The notes under the pieces: generated by a model
The model's input: the letters and a program-made list of their open reading frames with translations, nothing else
The model's database searches: none
Told to the model about the DNA's origin: nothing
In this document: positions 46,337 to 55,863 of the stretch, piece by piece
How the letters are laid out: the number at the start of each line of letters is the position of its first letter
How positions within the stretch are numbered: the stretch's first letter is position 1
DNA from: a virus
Strand: one strand, 5' to 3'
Length of the DNA stretch: 64,000 nucleotides
Virus record (IMG/VR): IMGVR_UViG_3300007734_000753
Coordinates: 1 to 64,000 of that record
Program-made: the position numbers and the translations under genes

Positions 46337-47908
46337 ATGGCTGAAATTAGTGCGGAAGAAAAAGTACTTTCATCAAGTAAAGCTCTTTTTGATTTAGCCA
46401 AAGGCACCAAAGACGCTTTTTCTGATATTGTAACCAAAATTGATGATTCAACAACTGCAGCAAATGGTCTAAGAATACAATTTCAGCAAGCGTTTGGCAT
46501 ATTTGATGCCCAACAGGGCAGAGATTTGGTAAAAAGATTTGCCGATATAAGCAGTGAACTAATGTCACAAGGTATATCCGCAGAAAAATTAGGAGAAGCT
46601 TATAAAGTAGTAGGCACTGGAATCAATAATTTTATTATTAATAGAAGCAGTGAAGCTGTTGAGTCTTTTTCTAAATTAGCTGCCATAAACAGTAAATTTG
46701 GCGTGGATATGCAAAGCACAGTTGGTGTAATTAATTATTTATCAACTGGGTTTAACAAAAGCACCGAAGATATAACTAAATTCTCAAATAAACTGATGCA
46801 GTTTTCTAGAGAAACTGGTCAAGAATTTCGAAAAGTTTTTCAAGACTTTAATGAATCTATTAGAAGTTTCTATACAATTTTAGATCCAGACAAAGCAGCG
46901 ACTCAATTTATGTCTTTTCAACAAATGGCAAAAGGCTTTGGAAGCACTATTGATAAGTTGATGGATACCGCTGCAAAATTCGACAACATTGAAGAAGGTG
47001 TGGAATTTGGCGCAAAACTAAACAATGTTTTATCAGCCGTTGGCGGTTCATTTGATGCAATGTATGCATCAACAGCAAACTATGATGATAGAATAAAACT
47101 TATTATTCAAAGTATCGCCAATTCTAGAGATCAAATAACTGCAATGTCCGAAGTTTCTCAAAGAGCGTATGTCAGGCAGCTAGAGCAGACAACTGGTCTT
47201 GGTGGGCAAACAATTCAAGCGATCCTGAGAAACGATAAATTGGTTGAAAGTATGGATCAACTTACCAGCAAACAGTTTGACCAAATAAAAGAAGCACCGG
47301 TTGATCAAATGGCTGATAATTTTACAACGTTTCAAGATCGTGCAAACTTATTTATGAATCAGTATTTGAAAGTTGGTGCGCGCCTAGAAGGCTTCTTTGA
47401 CCAATCAAGTAAAAATGTTAGAGATACACAAAAGAAAATACTAGATACAACAACAGCAATGGTTACCTCCGCAAGAACCGCACAAGAATTACTATTAAAT
47501 TTAAAATCCGCTTTCTCTAAAGATAAATTAGAAGATCTTTATAATAAAGCAGTATCAGAAGTTGAAAAAAATGCAGAAAGTTTAAGAAAATCTATTAAAA
47601 GCTCTCTAGGCGAAGGTTCTTCGGGGGGCGTAGAATATAAAGTAAAACAACCCGGCAAACCAGAATCGCCCGCTGGGGGCGGAAAGATTCCAGTATATAA
47701 TCCAAATACAATGAGAGAAGATGTAAAGCAAGGAGCCACTGATGGTATTGCTGCGGGCACAAAACAAGCACTAATAGATATATCAAAAGCAGCTATTGCC
47801 AAACATGAAATTGTTGTTCATGTCAAGCCAACAGATGTAATGATAGCACTAATACAAGGCGGAACAGCCTCTAGAGCATTAGGTGCCGCCATAGGTCAAA
47901 CGCCATAG
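46337..47908 (+). CDS. Tape measure protein
   Basis: Helical A/S/Q/K-rich 523 aa protein following the tube and chaperone genes. Confidence 0.7.
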   Translation: MAEISAEEKVLSSSKALFDLAKGTKDAFSDIVTKIDDSTTAANGLRIQFQQAFGIFDAQQGRDLVKRFADISSELMSQGISAEKLGEAYKVVGTGINNFIINRSSEAVESFSKLAAINSKFGVDMQSTVGVINYLSTGFNKSTEDITKFSNKLMQFSRETGQEFRKVFQDFNESIRSFYTILDPDKAATQFMSFQQMAKGFGSTIDKLMDTAAKFDNIEEGVEFGAKLNNVLSAVGGSFDAMYASTANYDDRIKLIIQSIANSRDQITAMSEVSQRAYVRQLEQTTGLGGQTIQAILRNDKLVESMDQLTSKQFDQIKEAPVDQMADNFTTFQDRANLFMNQYLKVGARLEGFFDQSSKNVRDTQKKILDTTTAMVTSARTAQELLLNLKSAFSKDKLEDLYNKAVSEVEKNAESLRKSIKSSLGEGSSGGVEYKVKQPGKPESPAGGGKIPVYNPNTMREDVKQGATDGIAAGTKQALIDISKAAIAKHEIVVHVKPTDVMIALIQGGTASRALGAAIGQTP

Positions 47909-47932
47909 GTAAATAACGAAGGAAATAAATAA

Positions 47933-48697
47933 ATGTCTGTTCTTTCAGATCCAAAACTTCAATATGCTCTGCCAATGGAAAACGAGATTCGTCTCACTTA
48001 TCCATTTGCAAATCTATATTTTACATTTCCAACAAAGCCATATGATGGCAATGAAATTTACTTTGCATCTTATCTAAAAAAAATAACCGATACAGTATCT
48101 CCCGAATACACTCCAACGCATGTATTTGGTCGTTCAGATCCTGTTGCAACTTATAAAAAGACAAGCAGAAAAATTTCTGTAGAGTTTGACATTCCAGCAT
48201 ATACAGAATTCGATGCTAACGAAATAATGAAAAAGCTAAACATTCTGATCAAAAATTTGTATCCCGGTTATTTAGAAAACCGAGGGCAATCAATAATAAA
48301 TTCCCCTCCTTTGGTTAGACTAAAATATGCAAATATAATAAACAATCCTTTCAATGGCGATTCTGGGCTTCTTGGCTATCCAGATAATGTTGCTATTTCT
48401 CATGCGTTCGATACTGCTGGTGTATTTGTATTTGCAAATGAAAATACAAAAGACGGTTTCTTGTTTGCAAAATCATATTCTCTTACTTTTGGTTTTACAG
48501 TGCTGCATGAAGAAGTTGTTGGGTGGGATGATAAAAATCAGAAATTCAAGACTGATAATTATCCTTATAAAACAGTTCAGCAAGAACTAATACCAGCATC
48601 TGCTAAAATTGGTACAGCAATCTCTAATTTGAGAGGCTCTTTAGTACAAAGTCCAGCGGCTGCAAAAGGTCTTACATTGGTTTTCGGGGCGGGCTAA
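47933..48697 (+). CDS. Baseplate/tail-tube initiator protein
   Basis: TDTVSPEY..VFGRSDPVATYKKTSRKISVEF, LYP.Y, PPLVRL. Confidence 0.65.
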   Translation: MSVLSDPKLQYALPMENEIRLTYPFANLYFTFPTKPYDGNEIYFASYLKKITDTVSPEYTPTHVFGRSDPVATYKKTSRKISVEFDIPAYTEFDANEIMKKLNILIKNLYPGYLENRGQSIINSPPLVRLKYANIINNPFNGDSGLLGYPDNVAISHAFDTAGVFVFANENTKDGFLFAKSYSLTFGFTVLHEEVVGWDDKNQKFKTDNYPYKTVQQELIPASAKIGTAISNLRGSLVQSPAAAKGLTLVFGAG

Positions 48698-48700
48698 CAC

Positions 48701-49048
48701 ATGGCTGATTCAAGATATAGAAAAGTATTTCCTGTTTATAACGTTGATGAAGGCTATCAAAAGCTTTATACATATTCTAGGTTTAGCCCAAAAGGTATCA
48801 AACAGTTACCAACGTTGAACCTAAAATACCCATCACAAAAACAAATTTTATCTTACACAATTCAATCAGAAATTTGGTCTGTTGGTCAAAGACTATACAA
48901 GCTAGCTGATAAGTATTATGGTGATCCGCAATACTGGTGGGTTATTTCATTTTTCAACAAGAAGCCAACAGAACAACATTTTGCTCTTGGCGATGCTGTG
49001 CAAATACCTCTTCCTTTGAGTCAAGTTTTGAGTGATTTAGGATTATAA
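48701..49048 (+). CDS. LysM/tail-X-like baseplate wedge protein (gp53-like)
   Basis: GQRLYKLADKYYGDPQYWWVISFFN...GDAVQIP. Confidence 0.8.
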   Translation: MADSRYRKVFPVYNVDEGYQKLYTYSRFSPKGIKQLPTLNLKYPSQKQILSYTIQSEIWSVGQRLYKLADKYYGDPQYWWVISFFNKKPTEQHFALGDAVQIPLPLSQVLSDLGL

Positions 49049-49049
49049 A

Positions 49050-51746
49050 ATGTCAACTTTCAAGTTAGATCCTTTCTTTCCAGACAAAAATCTAAATCCA
49101 CAAGGTTGGGTTACTGATTTTATTACAAGTCGCCTCCAAAGAGTTGGTCAGCAAAGAAGTGACTTGGCAAGCTTGTTATATGACGAAGTATTGTCGGAAG
49201 ATGCTAAAAAGCTTGTAAAAAATGATGCACTTGTAAAAGATATAGAAACTGCAAGAAAAAAGAATCCGAAAGATAAAACAATATATCTGAATCCTTTGTA
49301 TTATGATGCTGTTGAGAGAAACACAGCAATTTCATCACAGGTTGTAGAAGATGAAAGAGCTTTGAGAGATTATTTCAATTACATGATCAATATAAAGCCA
49401 AATGAACTTTCTTCTTTTGTTCCATACGTAAAGATGAAATTTGGTTACAAAGAACCGAATGAAAAGAAATATGAGGAAGTAGAAATCCCTTTTGTGCAAA
49501 ATCTAAAAACAGAAGTTAGTTCAATACTGGCTGATAAATTCTCCAGAGGTCAAGGTGCAGGTATAACTGGAATAACAGCAGACAGGTCTTTTCCCGGTCT
49601 TGGTTTGACACTAAATGTTAGTGTAAATGTGAAATACTTCTTTAGCAGTATCTCTATCATCACTAAAAAAATCTCAAGTGCATTTATTCCGGACGATCTA
49701 AACTTTACTTATACTAAATTATTTTCTTTTTTACCATCCAGAAAACAAAAATTGTTTCTAGAATATGGTTATCATGCGAATCCGCAAGATGAAAATTTGC
49801 GATTTGCGGGCAATAAAACAACATCAATTTCTACAATAAATGATATATTGAAAGCAGAAACCAAAAGAGTGCCACTCGCTTATAAAAGTCATAAGCTAAA
49901 TATACAAGAGGACGGTACAATTACAGTTGATGTAACTTATCTAGCAGAATCTGAAGCTAAATACTTCCAAAAAAACGATGTTACATCTCCGAGTTTGGAT
50001 TATATAAGTAAAATAAAAAATGAATCTTTGAGATCTGTTTTCAAGAATTATGCGGAATTGAATCAAAAGTATTATAAGATTCAAGATCAGCTAAAAGATT
50101 ATACAGAGCAAGAAGTTGAGCTTCAGCAAATTGGAAGTAACAAGAAAAAACTTGATTCAATCCGTAAAAAGAAAGAGGCAAAACAGAAAGAAAGTGTGCA
50201 AATCTCTAAAAATTTAACGATTGTAAAAGAAAAAATTGCGCCATTTGTCAAAGATTTATTTATAGACGCTCTAATAAAAAGAAATCAAGTATTTTCTGTT
50301 TCTTTTACTTCTGAAAGAAAACAAGATGAATTCAACATCACAAGTTATTTGAGCTTGATAAAATTCAATAAAGACACTAACAAGCAAGAATTTGTTGATG
50401 TTGCTCCACCCTTTGTGACAAAAAAGAATCTAAGCGATTATAAAAAGTTTGATATAGGTGTTCTTGAAAATAATACAGTGGGTCTAACAAAAGAAAATTT
50501 ATTTCAACAAATCTTAGTCAATCTCTTTGATGGAGTAGAAAGAGCAAAAGGCTCCAACAGATTTGGTTATATTACATTCTTTCCACTAAAAGCATTATTA
50601 TCAATAATGTATGAATTTTTACCAGATGAAAAAGATCCATCAATAAAGCAATCAATTCCATATATTTGTATTGGAAATGCAGTTGCTAGAAGCCTTGGAA
50701 AAGAATACTCAATAAACATTGGCGACATACTTGTTGAGATGGAAACCTTTAGAACTTGGCTTCATAAAAATTATGTGCAGAAGAATAGAACTGAATACTC
50801 TTTCTCCTCATTTATGATTGATGTTGTTGAAGATTTAGTACCGGAAATTTTATATAGAAGGAATACTGGCTTTTACAGACAAAATGCTTTAGGTACAATA
50901 AGACACCTAAATTATTTCAAGAAGCCAAACATTAGCCAAGAAACATTTGATAAGGTTTATAAAAATAATGTTGATTTTACAACACTAAAGAGTATCTTCT
51001 CATCAGAAAAAGAAAAAGATGCAGAAGCGATGATTTATTATACACAAATGCTAAATCCTCTAAATGACTATACTTCTCCTTATCATAAAAAATATATTGC
51101 CAAAAGAGTTCTTCAACAAGATTCATATGATTTAGCCCAAGATAGCGCATTAGGCATTCCTCACGTAAGTATTGGTGCTTCTAGAGGTCTAATAAAGAAA
51201 ATAAATTTCAGTGCAATTGAGCAACCATTTTTAGCTACTTCTCTTATCACTCAAGCCATGGTTGATGGGAATACTAGACTTCCAAGATATGCCTATAACA
51301 TAAGTGTTGATATGTTTGGAAATAACCTTTTCAACCAAGCTGGATTCCTAGCCGTGCCTCCTTTTGGCGTGGAAGGGGATACAGATGTTATACTAGGATT
51401 GACTGGTTATTATGTCGTTACAAAAGTTTCCGATTCGTTGTCTATTGATGGTGGATATAGCACAAGCATAAATGCAATATGGCATGAAGATCCTTTGAGA
51501 AACAAACTAAAGGGTGAAGTGGCAACAACCAAAGATGCCAAACAATTTCCAGATCTGTTAGAATATATACAGTTTTCTGTTGATAATTATATAAAAGATT
51601 TGCTGGAACTAGATCCAAATACTCTAAAAGCTCTAGGTATAACAGCCAATCCAGTCAAACAAGATAAGAAAACTGATGCAGAGAAGAAGCAAGATTCCAA
51701 AAAGCAGCCAAAGAGAGATAGAAAAGAAAACGTGGGAGCTAAATAA
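49050..51746 (+). CDS. Baseplate hub-like protein (gp27/VgrG-type)
   Basis: LFLEYGY; C-terminal YNISVDMFGNNLF...LTGYYVVTKVSDSLSIDGGYSTSINA. Confidence 0.55.
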   Translation: MSTFKLDPFFPDKNLNPQGWVTDFITSRLQRVGQQRSDLASLLYDEVLSEDAKKLVKNDALVKDIETARKKNPKDKTIYLNPLYYDAVERNTAISSQVVEDERALRDYFNYMINIKPNELSSFVPYVKMKFGYKEPNEKKYEEVEIPFVQNLKTEVSSILADKFSRGQGAGITGITADRSFPGLGLTLNVSVNVKYFFSSISIITKKISSAFIPDDLNFTYTKLFSFLPSRKQKLFLEYGYHANPQDENLRFAGNKTTSISTINDILKAETKRVPLAYKSHKLNIQEDGTITVDVTYLAESEAKYFQKNDVTSPSLDYISKIKNESLRSVFKNYAELNQKYYKIQDQLKDYTEQEVELQQIGSNKKKLDSIRKKKEAKQKESVQISKNLTIVKEKIAPFVKDLFIDALIKRNQVFSVSFTSERKQDEFNITSYLSLIKFNKDTNKQEFVDVAPPFVTKKNLSDYKKFDIGVLENNTVGLTKENLFQQILVNLFDGVERAKGSNRFGYITFFPLKALLSIMYEFLPDEKDPSIKQSIPYICIGNAVARSLGKEYSINIGDILVEMETFRTWLHKNYVQKNRTEYSFSSFMIDVVEDLVPEILYRRNTGFYRQNALGTIRHLNYFKKPNISQETFDKVYKNNVDFTTLKSIFSSEKEKDAEAMIYYTQMLNPLNDYTSPYHKKYIAKRVLQQDSYDLAQDSALGIPHVSIGASRGLIKKINFSAIEQPFLATSLITQAMVDGNTRLPRYAYNISVDMFGNNLFNQAGFLAVPPFGVEGDTDVILGLTGYYVVTKVSDSLSIDGGYSTSINAIWHEDPLRNKLKGEVATTKDAKQFPDLLEYIQFSVDNYIKDLLELDPNTLKALGITANPVKQDKKTDAEKKQDSKKQPKRDRKENVGAK

Positions 51747-53011
51747 TGGCAGTATCTAATGCGACAAATCTATCAAATGCAAAAGATATGTATGAGGGTA
51801 GATCTGCCTATAAAGAAGAGTTTCCTAAAACCGATATACAATTCGATTCAGGTTACACAAATAGACTTTTTGGTAGAGTGGATACGCTTGGAAACGTAAT
51901 ACAGGTCAATGAGTCTTTTCTTTCCTTCTTTGCAACAGCAATAGACAAAAGCAATGCTTCTTGCATACATTTTGTGGCTGATGCCTTTTTAGATTGTAGA
52001 AAACAATATAATATACAAGCTGCAAAAGGCAATATAAACACAGCATCTCCTTTCTTTCAGGATACCTTTCCTGTTTATCAAGGCTGGAAAAAACAGGAGT
52101 CCTTATTCGGCACAAACAACAACAACGTTTATACGTCTTTTACAAATTATATTTTTAATAATTCCTATAAAGTTTCTAAATTTGAGAATTACACGGAGTT
52201 ATTGTTGAAATTTCTGAAAGAAGCGGATTTGCCATTGACAAGAGTTGGGTTTTATGAAAGCCCTTTCAATCCACCATATACAAGCGGAATTGTTTTGGAC
52301 GTTTTTGAGGGAGATGCAGGCGACGATTCGACAAGAGAGCAGTTTATTTCAGATCCAAATTATCCTTTAGTTTCTGAATTGCTTGCTGATAGAGGTTTGA
52401 GATTTGATGCTCAAGTTCCTTGGAGAATTATTGCAAACATACAATCTGGCAATCTACAGCCTTATATCCAAAAGAGGCTAAATAAATCTAATTTTGTTCT
52501 TCAAGACATATTTGATAGATTTTATTTCAAGTCTTTTGAGGGAGTTGAGTTTACATCATTTCAAGAGTTCAAGAACACAATAAAAGCCTTTTATAATGCT
52601 TATAAAGTTGTCTTTCCAAAATTCAATCAGTTTGTTTATCACCCTTCTCCAATACAGCAAACATTTGCAAAAGGAGCTTACGCCAACACTAACTCTTGCA
52701 GCGGCGTAAAGAACGTATTTGTTTACGCTGAAGATATAAAACTTGTCCCTGATTCTAAAGAAGATGATTTATTCTTCCTTGACTTGTATTATCAAACAAG
52801 ATTATTGGAAACCAAAACAATTCTGAAAGATTCTGTTCAAGAATTTCATAGAGGTAATTATCGTGGATTTTATCTCAACGATAAAAATAGACAAAATGGT
52901 ATAAAAAAGGCTGTGAGCTATATCAACTATAATTTGGGTACCCTAGCTTTCAGAAGTCCAAGCGTGGACGAAATAAACTTGACGAGAACTGGCAACGCTG
53001 TTACCATGTAG
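51746..53011 (+). CDS. Hypothetical baseplate-region protein
   Basis: LFGRVD, FVADAF, FDAQVPWRIIANI; coupled to the hub gene. Confidence 0.5.
   Translation: MAVSNATNLSNAKDMYEGRSAYKEEFPKTDIQFDSGYTNRLFGRVDTLGNVIQVNESFLSFFATAIDKSNASCIHFVADAFLDCRKQYNIQAAKGNINTASPFFQDTFPVYQGWKKQESLFGTNNNNVYTSFTNYIFNNSYKVSKFENYTELLLKFLKEADLPLTRVGFYESPFNPPYTSGIVLDVFEGDAGDDSTREQFISDPNYPLVSELLADRGLRFDAQVPWRIIANIQSGNLQPYIQKRLNKSNFVLQDIFDRFYFKSFEGVEFTSFQEFKNTIKAFYNAYKVVFPKFNQFVYHPSPIQQTFAKGAYANTNSCSGVKNVFVYAEDIKLVPDSKEDDLFFLDLYYQTRLLETKTILKDSVQEFHRGNYRGFYLNDKNRQNGIKKAVSYINYNLGTLAFRSPSVDEINLTRTGNAVTM
52979..53007 (+). promoter_or_regulatory. Sigma70-like promoter TTGACG-N17-TACCAT
   Basis: Marks the switch from structural to replication genes; the -10 ends 9 nt before the polymerase ATG. 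Confidence 0.6.
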
Positions 53012-53016
53012 CTGCC

Positions 53017-54189
53017 ATGTACTTCCAAACTATTGAACGTAACAAAAACTGCTTTGGTTTTTATGCGGATGGATCAATCAAAATCGATCTGCTGCCATCG
53101 CATCCATCAAAAACTTGGGATTACACACACCTATGCGATGACAGCACAGAACTTGCCAAGATCTATTGTGGTGGCAAGACACTTCTTGAGGTGTGTCCCG
53201 AGGAACTAAAGGACGAAGCCGTACAAAGTTTTGATAAACTGAAGGCTTTTATGCGTAGTATGGTTCACGCCAAGATAGATTTTGATGTGAATTGTTTTTA
53301 TGATCTGCTTCCAGAAAAGTTCTTGTTAGAACACTTTGAGATACGTAATAAAATCACTAAATATGTGCTTGAAAATTACGAAAAGCCAAAGAACTATGAA
53401 ACTCTACGTGACGCCTCAGAGCTAATTTATAACATCGAACAACACAAGCTAAACATCGACCTAGAATCGGTCAAGAAAAAGCTGCCAAATCCAAAAGCGC
53501 AAAGATTTATAAAAAACAAGTATCCAAATCGTATCAAATATAATGTATTTGGTGCAGTTACGGGTCGTCTGACGCTAGGCAAAGACAGTTTTCCAATTCT
53601 GAATCTCGATAAAGAGCTTCGTGATTGTATCAAACCGAACAATCATCGTTTTGTTGAGCTAGATTATAATTCAGCAGAGCTTCGTGTTTTGCTTGCCATA
53701 TGCAATAAAGAGCAGCCAACCATTGATTTGCATGAGTGGAACTCAATAAACATCTTTGGTGGTAAGTTAGACCGCTCAAAAGCCAAACAGAAGATCTTTT
53801 CATGGCTTTATGACAAGAAAACTAACGATTTGGCTGAAAAAGTTTATGATAAACAGATAATTATAGATAAATTCTATGATGGAAATAAAGTGAAAACTGT
53901 TTATAATCGAGAGATTGAGTGCGACCAAGAACATGCTGTAAATTATGTCATTCAGAGCACAGCAACTGATTTGGTCGTGGAACAAGCACACAAGATTCAG
54001 AAGATTTTGCAAGGCAAGAAGTCTTTTATCGCATTTTATCTATATGATTCTGTTGTATTGGACTTCCACAAGGAAGATATGCATCTGCTGAAACAAATTG
54101 CAAATACATTTTCTAATACTCGGTTTGGAAACTTTTTGACCAATGTTTCTGTTGGCAAGAACTTTGGCGAAATGGAGAAGAACAAATGA
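53017..54189 (+). CDS. Compact family A DNA polymerase-like protein
   Basis: TGRL; motif A ELDYNSAELRVL; motif B RSKAKQKIFSWLY; AVNYVIQSTATD; motif C LYDSVVLD. Confidence 0.8.
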   Translation: MYFQTIERNKNCFGFYADGSIKIDLLPSHPSKTWDYTHLCDDSTELAKIYCGGKTLLEVCPEELKDEAVQSFDKLKAFMRSMVHAKIDFDVNCFYDLLPEKFLLEHFEIRNKITKYVLENYEKPKNYETLRDASELIYNIEQHKLNIDLESVKKKLPNPKAQRFIKNKYPNRIKYNVFGAVTGRLTLGKDSFPILNLDKELRDCIKPNNHRFVELDYNSAELRVLLAICNKEQPTIDLHEWNSINIFGGKLDRSKAKQKIFSWLYDKKTNDLAEKVYDKQIIIDKFYDGNKVKTVYNREIECDQEHAVNYVIQSTATDLVVEQAHKIQKILQGKKSFIAFYLYDSVVLDFHKEDMHLLKQIANTFSNTRFGNFLTNVSVGKNFGEMEKNK

Positions 54190-55022
54190 TTTTTATGGGG
54201 CTTGGCGGTGGTGGTTGCTCGTTGGCAAAAAGATTTTATGAAGTTGCCGAGGAAGGCAATCAACTATTTCTTTTCGACACAAATGAAAAATATAAGCTTC
54301 CCAAAACCAAGTCAATGGAGGAAGCGGAACAAAAAACGCCAGACTTCAAGCTCAACATAAAAGATGAAGACATATTGTTTATTCTTTGTGGGGGTGGAAA
54401 TACATCTGGTCATGCTTTGAGAATTCTTGAGCAGATAAAAGATAATAACATTGACATTATTTATGTGCGCCCAGATCTTTCTTTGGCAAATTCAGAAGAG
54501 AAGCTTCGTGAAAAAGTTGTTTTCAATATATTTCAGGAAATGACTCGTTCTGGATTGTTCAACAAGATGATTCTGGTTTCCAATGAGCATATTGCAAAGT
54601 CAAACGAAGATATAGCTCTTGACAATTATTACGATAAAATCAATGAAACGGTTGAATATGTTTATGGTCACATCAACTTCTTTCTTTCTAAGAAAGCAAT
54701 TAGAAGCAACTTGACAAGCCCGAAAGAAGCATGTAGGCTTGTCACTATCGGCATGGTAGATTACGAATCTGGTGAAGAGCAGATGTTATTCCCGATGGAA
54801 AATATAAGAGAAAAACAGTTTCTTTTCGGCTTGTCGCCTGAATCTGTAAAAAATCGTAAATCGTTACAAAAAATTCAAGACCACTTGACAAAAATTGAAA
54901 AGCAGGGTATCATCTGTTCCCATAAGATTCTTTCACTAGAAATAAGTGACAATCTCGTTTTTACTATTAATTACACTAATTTTATACAAAACCAACTTAT
55001 ACTAAACAACGGAGAAAACTAA
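54186..55022 (+). CDS. Tubulin/FtsZ-family (PhuZ/TubZ-like) protein
   Basis: N-terminal GLGGGGCSLA, a variant tubulin signature LCGGGNTSG, VRPD, LVSNE and IN. Confidence 0.7.
   Translation: MIFMGLGGGGCSLAKRFYEVAEEGNQLFLFDTNEKYKLPKTKSMEEAEQKTPDFKLNIKDEDILFILCGGGNTSGHALRILEQIKDNNIDIIYVRPDLSLANSEEKLREKVVFNIFQEMTRSGLFNKMILVSNEHIAKSNEDIALDNYYDKINETVEYVYGHINFFLSKKAIRSNLTSPKEACRLVTIGMVDYESGEEQMLFPMENIREKQFLFGLSPESVKNRKSLQKIQDHLTKIEKQGIICSHKILSLEISDNLVFTINYTNFIQNQLILNNGEN
54885..54913 (+). promoter_or_regulatory. Sigma70-like promoter TTGACA-N17-TATCAT for gp32 (second candidate TTGACA-N17-TAGGCT at 54711-54739)
   Basis: Consensus elements with 17-nt spacers inside the tubulin gene. Confidence 0.6.
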
Positions 55023-55023
55023 A

Positions 55024-55761
55024 ATGGCTATTGATCTAAAAGCAATGCGTGCAAAACTATCACAACTAAACTCAAAAGGTGCAAATTCGGCTGGTCCGAA
55101 GTTCTGGAAGATTCCCGATGGCGAGAGCGTGATTCGCGTCCTGCCTGCTAAGGATGGAGATCCTTTTAAGGAATTCCATTTCCACTATAATGTCGGTAAA
55201 GAGAACGGCTTTCTCTGTCCCAAGAAGAACTTTGGTGAGAAATGCGCCGTTTGTGATTTCGTATCGAAACTCTACAAAGAGGGTGACGATGAAAGCCGGG
55301 CAATGGCGAAAAACTTCTCAAGCCGTCAACGCTTTGTAACACCAATCATTGTGCGTGGCGAGGAAAAGGAAGGAACTAAGCTTTGGTCTTACAGCAAAAA
55401 GGTTTATGAGAGTCTGTTACAGCTTGTTCTGAACCCAGACTATGGCGATATTGCTGACGAAAAAGAGGGTATTGATCTTGTCATAGCTTATGGTAAAGCA
55501 CCCGGCATGTTATTCCCTGCTACCAGCGTCACGCCTCGTCGTAAAAGCTCACCACTAACAACCGATCGAGAACTTCTCGATGAGCTTCTTGAGGCTAACG
55601 TAGATTTTGCTACATTGTTTGAGCGTAAAACCTCAGAGCAAGTTGAACAAATTCTTGACCGTCACCTACTTGGTGATGATAAAGAAGAGGTTGTGAAAGG
55701 TGGAAAGGCTGATGACAGCGAAGATGATATCGACCGTAAATTCAGCGAGATGCTTTCATAA
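55024..55761 (+). CDS. Single-stranded DNA-binding protein (gp32-like)
   Basis: FWK, IRVLP, FHYN, CPKKNFGEKCAVC, YGDIAD..EGIDL, and an acidic tail. Confidence 0.88.
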   Translation: MAIDLKAMRAKLSQLNSKGANSAGPKFWKIPDGESVIRVLPAKDGDPFKEFHFHYNVGKENGFLCPKKNFGEKCAVCDFVSKLYKEGDDESRAMAKNFSSRQRFVTPIIVRGEEKEGTKLWSYSKKVYESLLQLVLNPDYGDIADEKEGIDLVIAYGKAPGMLFPATSVTPRRKSSPLTTDRELLDELLEANVDFATLFERKTSEQVEQILDRHLLGDDKEEVVKGGKADDSEDDIDRKFSEMLS

Positions 55762-55786
55762 AGCCTTCTAAAAATTAAGATAATTG

Positions 55787-55828
55787 GAAAGCCCATCCGA
55801 GGAAACTTTGGTGGGCTTTCTGTTTTTT
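55787..55828 (+). terminator. Intrinsic terminator after gp32
   Basis: gaaagcccatccgag-gaaa-ctttggtgggctttc followed by tgtttttt. Confidence 0.85.
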
Positions 55829-55863
55829 GCGACTATTTATTGTTGTTGAGGAGTTTTTATAAT

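Noticed and set aside
54186-55022. Nucleus-forming jumbo phage inferred from the tubulin
   Set aside because: No chimallin or multisubunit RNA polymerase is recognisable, and the core genes are T4-like.
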